Assembly: GCA_024280295.1 (NCBI GenBank)
Contig: JAJRQK010000025.1
Span: forward strand, 22,523-86,522
Source: Bacteroidota bacterium
GTDB taxonomy: Bacteria; Bacteroidota; Bacteroidia; Flavobacteriales_D; Crocinitomicaceae
Reading direction: 5' to 3'
Length of the DNA: 64,000 nucleotides
Positions within the stretch are counted from its first letter, which is position 1. Each line of letters opens with the position of its first letter. The notes beneath the pieces were generated by a model that was given only the letters and a program-made list of their open reading frames with translations, had not been told where the DNA came from and made no database searches. The position numbers were made by a program, and so were the translations under genes. Shown in pieces: positions 19,734-29,254 of the stretch.

Positions 19734-20588
19734 ATGAAAAAAGCATTGGTCATACAAGGTGGTGGTTTCCGCACAGGATTTACAGCGGGAATACTCGATG
19801 CTTTTATGGCATTCGATTACAATCCTTTTGATCAATATGTAGGTGTTTCTGGAGGTGCAATCGCAGCTTCATATTACTTGAGTAAACAACGCGGTGCAAC
19901 ATTCACCGCGATGAAATTTTTAGCGGAAGATGATGAATTTGTGAAATTCGTTCGTGTAATGAAGGACAAAGGTTATATGAATATCGACAGACTTAGGGCT
20001 GTAGCAATTAATCATGTCCCTTTCGATTTTGATAAAGCAGTTGCCGCTAAAGTTGGGAAAGAAGTCCATTTTGTCGCAACGAACCGTGATACTGGTCAGC
20101 CTGCATACTTAGAGCCAACACCTAAAGATTGGATTGAGAGTGTGATAGCATCGAGTACACTTCCATTTGTAACAAAAGGAACCCATGCGGTAAAAGGCAT
20201 GGACTTGATGGATGGAGGATGGAGTGATCCTCTTCCTGTTGAATGGGCTGTAAAGCAAGGAGCAACCGATATTGTTGTCATTCGAACGTCCGACTTAACC
20301 AAACGAGCAAGTCAAAGCTGGCCAGATTATTTTGGCAGTATCTTTTTTCGATCACAAAAACAGTTAAGTGAATGCTTTGCTAACAGTCATCATCAATATA
20401 ATCGTGCATTGGATTTCTTAGAGAATCCGCCAAAAGGAGTTAAGATTCAACAAATTTGGCCTGAGGATGGATTAAAGTGTACAACTTATAGTTACTCAGT
20501 AGATAGTATCAAAATAGATTATCGATATGGCCTACATGTTGGAATGAAGTTTATTTGGAGACAGCAAAAAACTATGATTCTAAAGTAA
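19734..20588 (+). CDS. Patatin-like phospholipase
   Basis: 284 aa with oxyanion GGGFRTG, nucleophile elbow GVSGGA and catalytic Asp in MDGGWSDPLPV. Confidence 0.85.
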   Translation: MKKALVIQGGGFRTGFTAGILDAFMAFDYNPFDQYVGVSGGAIAASYYLSKQRGATFTAMKFLAEDDEFVKFVRVMKDKGYMNIDRLRAVAINHVPFDFDKAVAAKVGKEVHFVATNRDTGQPAYLEPTPKDWIESVIASSTLPFVTKGTHAVKGMDLMDGGWSDPLPVEWAVKQGATDIVVIRTSDLTKRASQSWPDYFGSIFFRSQKQLSECFANSHHQYNRALDFLENPPKGVKIQQIWPEDGLKCTTYSYSVDSIKIDYRYGLHVGMKFIWRQQKTMILK

Positions 20589-20715
20589 CGTAATCTTGTT
20601 GAAAAAAATAACACTTCGAGTTAATAATAAAATACTTATCCGTTTCACATCTTACTTTTTATTGATTTATTAAAGGCACCAACTTCTTATCTCAAGTAAT
20701 GACACAACCGAATTA

Positions 20716-20767
20716 TTAAGACACTAAAATTCTGAAAATCTTAGTGTCTTAAAGATTTTTTGTTTTT
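20716..20767 (+). terminator. Putative intrinsic terminator for the patatin gene
   Basis: A perfect 12-bp inverted repeat, TTAAGACACTAA (20716-20727) / TTAGTGTCTTAA (20741-20752), encloses a 13-nt loop. It is followed by AGATTTTTTGTTTTT on the + strand. The right arm contains the stop codon of the convergent minus-strand gene. The stem is AT-rich. Confidence 0.45.
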
Positions 20768-22183
20768 CTTCAACGAATATTCCAAAGCAATAAATGCTGC
20801 GCAGAATCCCCAAATTGGAACCGAAGCTTTATCTGTATCAAGATAGTTATTCAAGACGCCATGCACGAAATAAGTTACGAGTGCCAATATCATCGTTAGA
20901 ATAAGTGTGCGCATTTGTCTGTCTTCCTCCGGCCATTTATAATAGAGAGTAATCGACTTGTAGAAAATTGTAGCGACAATTAGTAGCATTGCAATCAAAC
21001 CAAAGATTCCCATTTCTGCCATCGGACCTAAATACTCACTGTGAGCATTACCCATATCCCCAAAATTGGTAGAAATAATCGTTAAGTTCTCCGCCTTTTG
21101 ATATCGAGCATACTCAAATGCATAGGTTCCAGGACCAAAACCAAAGATTGGACGTTCTTTAAACATCGCGATAGCACAAGACCATCGATTGAGCCTTTCT
21201 AGATTAGAAGCATCCGTAGTAACATTTGTTGCACTCTGTAGTTTCTCGCCAAATTCTTCTGTTGTATGTTCGAACTTATTTCGCTCTAATTCCATTTGAA
21301 TAGAATCCCACGAAAAGAACAATAGTACACCTACAATGGTAAGTCCACCAGCAATTAATGAGAATTTAATCTTAAATTTAATAGCTATCAGAACACACAA
21401 TGCCGCAATGACACTTAACCATGCAGCTCTTGTGTAAGAGAAATACAAACCAACGATTGTAATCACCATCATGATCAATAACACAACCTTCATCAGAGGA
21501 TCATGCTTCTTTGAGAGATAAAGTCCGAAAATACATGGTGTAACGAATGCCACAGCAGCTCCATATATTGTGTGATCCTTAAAGAATGGCCACATTACCC
21601 AATGCCCTTCTTTTTCACCAAATGCATAACTCGCATGCACAACTAATGTGTAACTTATTGCAACTGTCATTCCTATACAGAGCAACCATATAAACATGTT
21701 GATACGCTTTTTGGCCTTGAAAACAGTTGGTCCAAAAAATAAAATAGGGACAATAAACCAAAGCTTTGCAAGCAAAAACTTGAATGATGCCATTGGATGT
21801 GAGCTCGAAATTGAAGTGATAAAGATCCAAATCAGGTAAAAACTAACAGCCCACACAATCGGATGTTGCCAAATGTGTTTTTCAAATGTCTGACCTTTCA
21901 ATTGACGTAAAATGAGGAGCATCAGCAAGCCAAATAAGATTGGTTCTGTGGGGATGAATAACCCAAAGCCTTCTGTGTATTCCTCAATATTGATGGACAA
22001 TGGTGTTAGAAAAGCCAGTGCCATGTACGTCCATTGCGAATAGTAAATTGCTGCGTAAACTGCCAACATTCCAATGGGTGCAAGGGTTAAATACGCTTGA
22101 TTACTCCAAACTAAATAGCACGATAATGCAACGTAGAGCAAGGAGATTAATAAGACAATGCTATGTTGTCGAAGGATTTGCAA
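20741..22183 (-). CDS. O-antigen ligase / polymerase family (Wzy_C-type) integral membrane protein
   Basis: 480 aa with about 10-12 hydrophobic segments and a Wzy_C-like FSYTRAAWLSVIAALCVL motif. It starts directly after the Wzz-like gene, with no intergenic gap. Confidence 0.6.
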   Translation of the reverse strand: MQILRQHSIVLLISLLYVALSCYLVWSNQAYLTLAPIGMLAVYAAIYYSQWTYMALAFLTPLSINIEEYTEGFGLFIPTEPILFGLLMLLILRQLKGQTFEKHIWQHPIVWAVSFYLIWIFITSISSSHPMASFKFLLAKLWFIVPILFFGPTVFKAKKRINMFIWLLCIGMTVAISYTLVVHASYAFGEKEGHWVMWPFFKDHTIYGAAVAFVTPCIFGLYLSKKHDPLMKVVLLIMMVITIVGLYFSYTRAAWLSVIAALCVLIAIKFKIKFSLIAGGLTIVGVLLFFSWDSIQMELERNKFEHTTEEFGEKLQSATNVTTDASNLERLNRWSCAIAMFKERPIFGFGPGTYAFEYARYQKAENLTIISTNFGDMGNAHSEYLGPMAEMGIFGLIAMLLIVATIFYKSITLYYKWPEEDRQMRTLILTMILALVTYFVHGVLNNYLDTDKASVPIWGFCAAFIALEYSLKKNKKSLRH

Positions 22184-23179
22184 TTAACTTAACTTTCTCA
22201 ATTGAGCAATTCGCTCTTTTACGAGTAAAGCAAAAACAATGAAGAAGAAAGCTCCAAATGCCGCAACTAGAACGATGATCATTCGTTTTGGTTTGTCTTT
22301 CTTATCGGCAACAACTGCTGGTTCAACAACAAATTTATGATTGAACATCGCATTTGCATCCGATTCTGATTGCTCATAAGAATCTTCGAATTTGGTTAAT
22401 TTCACGATTTTCTCATCACGCAAAATTTCCAATCCATCGTAGCGCGCTCCAAATTGCTGATTGACATCAATTTGATTTTTAATAAAAATTCTGCCTTCTC
22501 CATCTCTAGCTTTGGAGTAATCTGAGTTCAAATTTGCACGCACTTCACTCGACACAACCCCCATACGCGAAAGACTATCCATCTCGATGAGAATCACGTT
22601 TTTTTCTGTTTCAAGTTGTGTTCGTTTCCGCAAGTTGATTTCAAACGCTGGAATTGTTCGCTCCTTTATCATTTCGTTTTTAACGGTATCAATTAAGTCG
22701 ACAATTTTATTGGCAACTTCTGCTGCGAGTTCTCTATCTCGGTCAGAAACATCAATCCGTATAGACCCATATCGTGTTCGCGTAAACTGAATGTGGCTGC
22801 CGTATTCCTTTCCAAGTTTGTAGAACTTATTTGGATCGTCAATATCAATCTCATAATGCTCCAACAATCCAAATTGTTGAACTACTCTGTTTCTAATTCT
22901 AGCCGATTGCAAGATCTGTAATAACTGCTCTGCTTGCTCTTCCTCTCCGAAATCACCTGCAGCAGCTTTAGCATTACTTTGCTCGGAAAAAGATACAGTA
23001 CTTGTCGCAGCAGGAAAAACGATCGCCGTCGATTTAAACATGGGAGTCATCAATAAAGAGATAATCACAGCTGCAACAATTGCAATACCTGTTACTAGGA
23101 GGACAATCTTTCTCTTTCGCCAAATGAAGAGTAATAAGTTACGACTTTCACTCTGAAATTCAGGGGCATTTTCATTCAT
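22184..23179 (-). CDS. Wzz-type polysaccharide chain-length determinant protein
   Basis: 331 aa with an N-terminal TM (IVLLVTGIAIVAAVIISLLM), a coiled periplasmic region and a C-terminal TM (MIIVLVAAFGAFFFIVFALLV). This is the classic PCP topology. Confidence 0.65.
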   Translation of the reverse strand: MNENAPEFQSESRNLLLFIWRKRKIVLLVTGIAIVAAVIISLLMTPMFKSTAIVFPAATSTVSFSEQSNAKAAAGDFGEEEQAEQLLQILQSARIRNRVVQQFGLLEHYEIDIDDPNKFYKLGKEYGSHIQFTRTRYGSIRIDVSDRDRELAAEVANKIVDLIDTVKNEMIKERTIPAFEINLRKRTQLETEKNVILIEMDSLSRMGVVSSEVRANLNSDYSKARDGEGRIFIKNQIDVNQQFGARYDGLEILRDEKIVKLTKFEDSYEQSESDANAMFNHKFVVEPAVVADKKDKPKRMIIVLVAAFGAFFFIVFALLVKERIAQLRKLS

Positions 23180-23260
23180 GTTCTAGTTTTTTGTAGCGCG
23201 AAGTTAACGTTTCTAGTTGAAGATAATAACTGAGTATTTGCCATTTTATTATTAGGGCCA

Positions 23261-23297
23261 AATAAAAAATCCCAATGCTCTGCTAGAACATCAGGAT
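23261..23297 (-). terminator. Putative intrinsic terminator after the exbB-exbD operon
   Basis: The minus-strand RNA would be AUCCUGAUG - 11-nt loop - CAUUGGGAU, a 9-bp stem including two G-U pairs, followed by UUUUUAUU. It begins 19 nt downstream of the exbD stop at 23316. Confidence 0.5.
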
Positions 23298-23315
23298 CTA
23301 TGAAATTTCAACTTA

Positions 23316-23831
23316 TTAGTTTGCGTTCGTGTTATCTTTTACCGCGTACGCGATTTTTAGTGCATCAATGTCTTGAAGTTCTTTACGAATATCGAAGATA
23401 ATTCCTGAAGGCGCACCTTCATCTGCTTTGATACAAGTAATTACTTGTTCAATTGTAGCTGTCATTTGAGTTGGTTTTGATTCAAATTTGTCTAATTTCC
23501 AACGTTTAATTGCGTTTGTATTGTACAAATCACCCGGATCAGGTTGCGCTACATTATCTAAGAAAAGAGCATACCCCATCTTAAACTGTTCAGCACGAGC
23601 CGTATTTCTGGGTGTGCCTAAGTACAAGAAATCAATCTCAGAACGTTGCTTGTATGCAGTTAAATCTTGAGCACGCGTACCATTTGGCTGCGTTACCTTT
23701 ACTGTTGGATCTGACTCTTTACTTGTCGTTGCCACCATAAAGAAGAACAACAGCATAAAAACGATATCCGGAAGCGACGAGGTATTTATCCCTGGTGCTG
23801 GCTTCTTTCCTCCTTTTGAAAACTTTGACAT
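23316..23831 (-). CDS. exbD: ExbD/TolR family biopolymer transport protein
   Basis: 171 aa with the typical N-terminal segment INTSSLPDIVFMLLFFFMV. Confidence 0.75.
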   Translation of the reverse strand: MSKFSKGGKKPAPGINTSSLPDIVFMLLFFFMVATTSKESDPTVKVTQPNGTRAQDLTAYKQRSEIDFLYLGTPRNTARAEQFKMGYALFLDNVAQPDPGDLYNTNAIKRWKLDKFESKPTQMTATIEQVITCIKADEGAPSGIIFDIRKELQDIDALKIAYAVKDNTNAN

Positions 23832-23837
23832 ACGTTT

Positions 23838-24632
23838 CTAGTTTTTAGGTGTTACTTCAATGATTCTATCTGGACACAGTAATTTAAGAAGATCAAACTT
23901 CGCTTTGTATTCCACATTGCCAGCATCATCTGCCAACTTGGCAATAACAGAAGCATAACCGACACCAAAAATCTCCTTGGAGGCGTCATCACGCATTTCG
24001 AAGATTGCCTCTTCAATTTCGGATTGAATCTTAGCGAATAATTCATAATCTGTGCGATCTTGAACCTCAATTCTGATATGTGCTTGCGATGATATTTCTG
24101 GAAGAATTTTCTTTCCGTACAAGTTTAAAGCAAATTTTTTCTTTTCCCACTGCGTAACTTCGTTCCACATGAAAGAAATTAACGTTTCCTCAACACCTTC
24201 CATTTCTTCTACCCTCTCGGCCTCTTTTATGGCTGCTTGAATTCGTTGTTCAATTCCAGCTTTTGAAATTCGAGAATAGAATGGGAAATTGTTTCCGGGG
24301 TGATTAGGATCTCCCATAGCTGCCATCATAGCATCTCCACTTATACTTTCATTAATTCTATAGAACTCCAAAATTCGTTCAGAAATGTCATCAGGATTCT
24401 CCATTAGCTCATCGCGCACCATCAATTGATTTGCACTGTTCGCTTTTATGGCCAAAATATCTCTTTCTGGCACCGGAGCTGGAGGAATAACAACCTCAAC
24501 ATTTTTAGGAATATCCCTAATATACGCCTTATCCCTATCCATCGTCGTCGTTACCAAGAAGAAAATCAATAGCAGGAAGGCGATGTCAGCCATCGAACCT
24601 GCATTAATTTCTGGTATGTCTCGCTTCGCCAT
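23838..24632 (-). CDS. exbD: ExbD/TolR family protein (long form)
   Basis: 264 aa with N-terminal EINAGSMADIAFLLLIFFLVTTTM. Confidence 0.75.
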   Translation of the reverse strand: MAKRDIPEINAGSMADIAFLLLIFFLVTTTMDRDKAYIRDIPKNVEVVIPPAPVPERDILAIKANSANQLMVRDELMENPDDISERILEFYRINESISGDAMMAAMGDPNHPGNNFPFYSRISKAGIEQRIQAAIKEAERVEEMEGVEETLISFMWNEVTQWEKKKFALNLYGKKILPEISSQAHIRIEVQDRTDYELFAKIQSEIEEAIFEMRDDASKEIFGVGYASVIAKLADDAGNVEYKAKFDLLKLLCPDRIIEVTPKN

Positions 24633-24643
24633 ATTGCGTGTTA

Positions 24644-25117
24644 TTATTTTTTAAGTTTCATCACTGCACCAGCAAGAATTGCCAATATCCCGATGGAGAT
24701 CCCAATAATAGCCGTCCAAAGTCCAGCTGTTGTTGCCCCAATCGTTGATAGATCAACTTGTGATTCTTCCCTTAATTGCAGTGTTTCGTTTGTGTCAGCG
24801 GTTCCTGCCATCAAAATAATTAAGTAGATGACGAGTGCTGCAACGATTCCAGCAATTGATAATAAAGTCCGTTTAGGATTAGATATCAATTGAACTACGA
24901 AGAAGAGTAAAATTAATGCTACTCCTATGAAGAGGATAAATCCAGTGAAATTTGTCGCTACCGCTAGTGTAGTCCCATCACGGAATGCTTCAAATTCCTC
25001 TGTTGGCAATCCTTCTGGCTCCGGCCCACCAAGTAAAAAGATACATGATAGTACTCCAGTTGTAATTAATACAACCTTTAGAATTGTTAAATATAAATTC
25101 AGTTTTTGCAACTTCAT
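24644..25117 (-). CDS. Small integral membrane protein within the exbBD operon
   Basis: 157 aa with four hydrophobic segments. There is no Pro-rich or TonB-like region. Confidence 0.5.
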   Translation of the reverse strand: MKLQKLNLYLTILKVVLITTGVLSCIFLLGGPEPEGLPTEEFEAFRDGTTLAVATNFTGFILFIGVALILLFFVVQLISNPKRTLLSIAGIVAALVIYLIILMAGTADTNETLQLREESQVDLSTIGATTAGLWTAIIGISIGILAILAGAVMKLKK

Positions 25118-25174
25118 TGCTTTCGTTTTTAAAGTTAATGATCAATCTAGTATTCCTTTCCGAATGACTGGGAA

Positions 25175-26044
25175 CTAGACTTTAGCGATCTTGTGCTTCA
25201 ACATCATATCCACTAAAGAGATAGAAGCATCTTCCATTTCGTTTACAATTCCGTCAATTTTCGAGACGATATAATTGTAAAAGATCTGAAGGATAATCGC
25301 AGCGATCAAACCAAATACTGTTGTCAAAAGTGATACCTTAATACCCCCGGCAACTGTTGTAGGTGATACTTGACCATCTTCAATAATTTTATCAAAGGCG
25401 AAGATCATCCCGATTACTGTACCCAAGAAACCAAGCATTGGTGCAAGAGCAATAAAGAGTGACAGCCATGAAAGTCCTTTTTCCATCAATCCCATTTGAA
25501 CTCCACCGTAAGAAACGACAGATTTCTCAACCATTTCAATTCCTTCATTGGTACGATCAAGTCCTTGATAATAGATTGAAGCAATTGGTCCTCTTGTGTT
25601 ACGACAAACATCTTTTGCAGCATCAACACCACCGTTTTTGAGTGCTGTTTCAACATCTTCTAAGAATTTTTTAGTGTTAATGGTAGACAAGTTAAGGTAA
25701 ATAATACGCTCGATTGAAAGTGCTAATCCAATAATTAAACAAATCAACGGCAGTGTCATCCATAATGGTGAACCATCGATAAATTGTTTTTTCAACTCTT
25801 GAACGAATGTCAACTCCTTTTTCTTATCATCCTCTCCAGTTGCATTATTTGCACCATCTTTAGCATCACCTGCTGTTGGTCCAGCCACTTCTTCTACAGG
25901 CTCCGCTTCTATTGGATTCCCTTCTTCATCTAATAGTTCAGCCACATTTTGATCTGGCTCCCCTTCAACTTGAGCATTTGAAAAACTTGCAAAACCAAAT
26001 GTTATTACTGCTGCAAATGCTAAAGAACTAATTACTTTTTTCAT
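25175..26044 (-). CDS. exbB: MotA/TolQ/ExbB proton-channel protein
   Basis: 289 aa with a signal-like N-terminus, an acidic linker and a C-terminal MotA/ExbB core (LALAPMLGFLGTVIGMIFAF ... TTVFGLIAAI). Confidence 0.8.
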   Translation of the reverse strand: MKKVISSLAFAAVITFGFASFSNAQVEGEPDQNVAELLDEEGNPIEAEPVEEVAGPTAGDAKDGANNATGEDDKKKELTFVQELKKQFIDGSPLWMTLPLICLIIGLALSIERIIYLNLSTINTKKFLEDVETALKNGGVDAAKDVCRNTRGPIASIYYQGLDRTNEGIEMVEKSVVSYGGVQMGLMEKGLSWLSLFIALAPMLGFLGTVIGMIFAFDKIIEDGQVSPTTVAGGIKVSLLTTVFGLIAAIILQIFYNYIVSKIDGIVNEMEDASISLVDMMLKHKIAKV

Positions 26045-26091
26045 GTTCTATAAAGATTAATTAAATCGTATTCTTTGTTAAAATTTCAAGC

Positions 26092-26099
26092 CAAAAATA
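26092..26099 (-). promoter_or_regulatory. Possible Bacteroidota -7 promoter box (TATTTTTG on the minus strand) for the exbB operon
   Basis: Plus-strand CAAAAATA lies 48-55 nt upstream of the exbB ATG and matches the TAnnTTTG consensus. This rests on the motif match alone. Confidence 0.3.
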
Positions 26100-26321
26100 A
26101 CAAAAATTATTTCACGCTTACACGGATGAATTGATATTCGAAAAAATTTCCGAAATATTGATGGGTTTTGAAGCTTTCTAGTGCATCAAGTGCTCATAAA
26201 TAGATACGGTTCTCGAAAATAGTGATAATATAGAGAATGAAGAAGTCAGACTACTATAAATTGATTGTGGAAGTGGAATTATTGAGTTAAGTGCGAATCA
26301 ATGAATTCAATAATTCTATGT

Positions 26322-27452
26322 TTAATGAGAGATCAGACCTTCCAGAAGCGATTCTAATGTTAGAAAAACAACAATGTCTGGATTAATTTTTTCAATAATA
26401 TCTTCATTCAACTTATACTGCCAAGCATCAAATATGAAAACGCTCTCTTTAAAGTACTCCCGTACGAACGGCATCATTTGATGTCCAAAAGAATCTCGGA
26501 TGAAGAGTATTTTTAATCCAGTTGTATCATCGTTAATTGTATAACGATGTTCAAAATCCCATGGAGCAGCAAATCCAGGCGGACAAGTAAAGTCATACTT
26601 AGCATCCTCGACTGATCTTGACTTAGCACAGATTGGGAACTCTCTTCTTTCGCCTAAATGTTTCATTCCAAGTACAACATAATGAATTCCAGACTTCTCA
26701 ATAGAGTCACCCCAAGTATAAACTGGATTAATTTCATCAATACGATTAGGGAAATCAACTTTTATGTGTGATAAAAGTAAATCAGTAGTGACACTTCCAG
26801 CACGATAATTCCAATGGTTATCTAGCTTATAGTACAATTTATTATCCTTTTTCGCTCTCAGTAATGATGGTGTTGGGTCAATGATCAAGTTTGGCAAAGA
26901 TGATTGAAAATAATCTTTCAACTGATCGACACGGCTTTTTTGAGCTCCTAAAATGTTAAATGGTAATTCTTCTGAATAAACATTGTGCTTTATTGGTGCT
27001 ATTATCCAATAGGTTTTTATGTTTCGCTTAGACAAGTAGTCTGTTCGCCGTTTCCATTCCTTCAATAAAAGTTGAAGTGTATCACTTGTAAAATCGCGCT
27101 CACCAGTGTAACATTCTTTATGTTTACCCGAAGTAAAGTACCAATCATGGCGACCTAAAATAGTTTTATCTGGATGTGGAGAAGTCTGAAAAACATTAAA
27201 TTTCATCGAATGGTATAGATCGAGTAATGGCGCTCGAAACGAAAAATTATCATTCACATAAGCTTCACAGTCTTCAGGGAACTCATCTAAATGAGAAAAA
27301 TCAACCTCTAAAGAATCCGTAAATGTTCTATTCTCATCACTTCTTTCAAATTTCCAGAATTCAAGTTTGTTATTCAACATTGGCAAAAACAGAAGTAGAA
27401 TGAAGGTCACCGGAAGTGCTAATTGATATTTCGAATTGCTCTTTTTATCCAT
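26322..27452 (-). CDS. AlgJ/AlgX-like SGNH-type polysaccharide O-acetyltransferase
   Basis: 376 aa with an N-terminal TM and the D-x-H-W signature (KLDNHWNYRAG). It lies 2 bp downstream of the MBOAT gene. Confidence 0.65.
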   Translation of the reverse strand: MDKKSNSKYQLALPVTFILLLFLPMLNNKLEFWKFERSDENRTFTDSLEVDFSHLDEFPEDCEAYVNDNFSFRAPLLDLYHSMKFNVFQTSPHPDKTILGRHDWYFTSGKHKECYTGERDFTSDTLQLLLKEWKRRTDYLSKRNIKTYWIIAPIKHNVYSEELPFNILGAQKSRVDQLKDYFQSSLPNLIIDPTPSLLRAKKDNKLYYKLDNHWNYRAGSVTTDLLLSHIKVDFPNRIDEINPVYTWGDSIEKSGIHYVVLGMKHLGERREFPICAKSRSVEDAKYDFTCPPGFAAPWDFEHRYTINDDTTGLKILFIRDSFGHQMMPFVREYFKESVFIFDAWQYKLNEDIIEKINPDIVVFLTLESLLEGLISH

Positions 27453-27454
27453 CT

Positions 27455-28873
27455 TTAGAATCTTGAATATATGAATGGATTGTATGAACCAGAATTGATG
27501 TACATTACAGCGTAAACGAAGAGAATAACAATTAGTATGTCGAGACTGATAGCAACTCCTATAGAATTCTGAGTTGTTACCGAAAGCAGTGCTTTTTTCA
27601 GCCGATTAAGTAATCCTGTTGCGAAAAATAAAGCTAAAGACAAAATAGTGATACTCTCATAATCAAGGTAAGATAGAAAATGCCTCTCAGATGAGTCAAA
27701 GCCAACTAACTTACCGATGAACTCAATTGCTAACGGAAGTTCTTCGATTCTAAAGAAAACCCAACCAATCATAACGATCAGCATAGCATAACACCACCTT
27801 AAAAGTCTCGGCGCTTTATCCAAAAACTTATCAAACCCAAGTTTTTCGATTACAAGGAAAAGCCCATGAAATAGACCCCAGAGTACAAAACTCCACGTAG
27901 CTCCATGCCAAAATCCGGTGAGCAGAAATACAATTAGAAGATTTACATACATCCTAAATGCACCTCGCCTATTTCCTCCTAAGGGGATGTACACATAATC
28001 CCTAAACCAAGTTGAAAGTGAGATATGCCATCTTCTCCAAAAATCTTTAACGCTCGTCGCAATATATGGGAAATTGAAATTTTCGAGAATTTTAAACCCA
28101 AACATCCTCCCTAAACCTATTGCCATGTCAGAATAACCAGAAAAATCGAAATAGATTTGTAGCGAGTAGGTAATGATACCAAGCCATGCGATTGGAGCGT
28201 TAATTAAATCAAAATCACTGTTTAAAATTGAATCAGCGATTGCTCCACAGGAGTTTGCAAAAACAATTTTTTTAAACAAACCTATTACAAATCGAATTAC
28301 TCCCGACCTAAATAGTTGGATGGATTCCGTTCTATTTTTAATTTGATCTATTATATCATTATATCGAACAATTGGTCCTGCAATTAGTTGAGGGAAAAGG
28401 CTAATGTATAAGGAATTTTCTACTAATTTAATTCTCTTCGAATTTGGATCTCGGTAAATATCCCAAAGCAAAGACATTTGTTGAAAGGTGAAAAATGAAA
28501 TACCAAGAGGCATCACAATTTTCAGCAGCGCAATAGGCTTGTAGTCATAAGGCAAGAGGTCTCTAATTCCATTAATATTCATAATGAAAAAATCAAGATA
28601 TTTAAACCCACCGATAAGGCCCAAATTGAAGATCAAACCAATAATAAGCCAGTTTTTCTTCTTGCCTAAGCTCTTTTGAATTCTGGTGACAAACAGATAG
28701 TTGAATAAAATAGAGAGTATGAGAATCACAGAATAACTAACCCCTCCGTATGCAAAGAACAGGAGACTTGAGAACAGTAATAGATGATTTCTAAATTTCT
28801 TTGGTAGGATATAATAGAGGGCTATTAATGTCGGAAGAAAATAAAACAAGAAAGTTAGGCTGCTAAATAACAT
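27455..28873 (-). CDS. MBOAT family (AlgI/DltB-like) membrane-bound O-acyltransferase
   Basis: It carries FWRRWHISLSTWFRDYVYIPLGGNRRG with the conserved His. I prefer the ATG at 28873, which gives the family-typical N-terminus MLFSSLTFLFYFLP, over the TTG at 28909 used by the ORF track. Confidence 0.85.
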   Translation of the reverse strand: MLFSSLTFLFYFLPTLIALYYILPKKFRNHLLLFSSLLFFAYGGVSYSVILILSILFNYLFVTRIQKSLGKKKNWLIIGLIFNLGLIGGFKYLDFFIMNINGIRDLLPYDYKPIALLKIVMPLGISFFTFQQMSLLWDIYRDPNSKRIKLVENSLYISLFPQLIAGPIVRYNDIIDQIKNRTESIQLFRSGVIRFVIGLFKKIVFANSCGAIADSILNSDFDLINAPIAWLGIITYSLQIYFDFSGYSDMAIGLGRMFGFKILENFNFPYIATSVKDFWRRWHISLSTWFRDYVYIPLGGNRRGAFRMYVNLLIVFLLTGFWHGATWSFVLWGLFHGLFLVIEKLGFDKFLDKAPRLLRWCYAMLIVMIGWVFFRIEELPLAIEFIGKLVGFDSSERHFLSYLDYESITILSLALFFATGLLNRLKKALLSVTTQNSIGVAISLDILIVILFVYAVMYINSGSYNPFIYSRF

Positions 28874-29254
28874 TATTGTGACCCGTCTGGGAGCTTGTGA
28901 TTTCAGCAAATATAGCGAATCAATGTCATAAAATAATGTCGATTGATCATGTTATTGCGTGTGCTAAATACTGGTAATTCACATTCTTTGTTAGACGTGA
29001 CTTTTTGAGATTTCTATCCCTGAAATCATAATTTTGATGCCATTAGAGGTCCTCCTTGGCGCATCAGAGTTCCATTTCTCACTTCGTTCTCATCCAACTT
29101 TCTCATCCGAAAAACAATAGTCCTTCGGTCTAGCAATCTTAGGAAAGATGGAGTCGTTTTTGTACTCATTGTATCAAGATTTGAAGGTTTTGGATAAACT
29201 TTATGATCAGTCTCCTTATTTTTAACAATTAATTGAACCAAGAAAGAAAAACTA

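Noticed and set aside
24644-25117. The 157-aa ORF in the exbBD operon as a TonB candidate
   Set aside because: It has four hydrophobic segments, no Pro-rich spacer and no TonB C-terminal motif.
29026-29241. 71-aa minus-strand ORF in the gap between the MBOAT gene and the PPTase gene
   Set aside because: It has a TTG start (an internal ATG would give 47 aa), no recognisable motif and no obvious ribosome-binding context. I cannot support it as a gene from the sequence alone.
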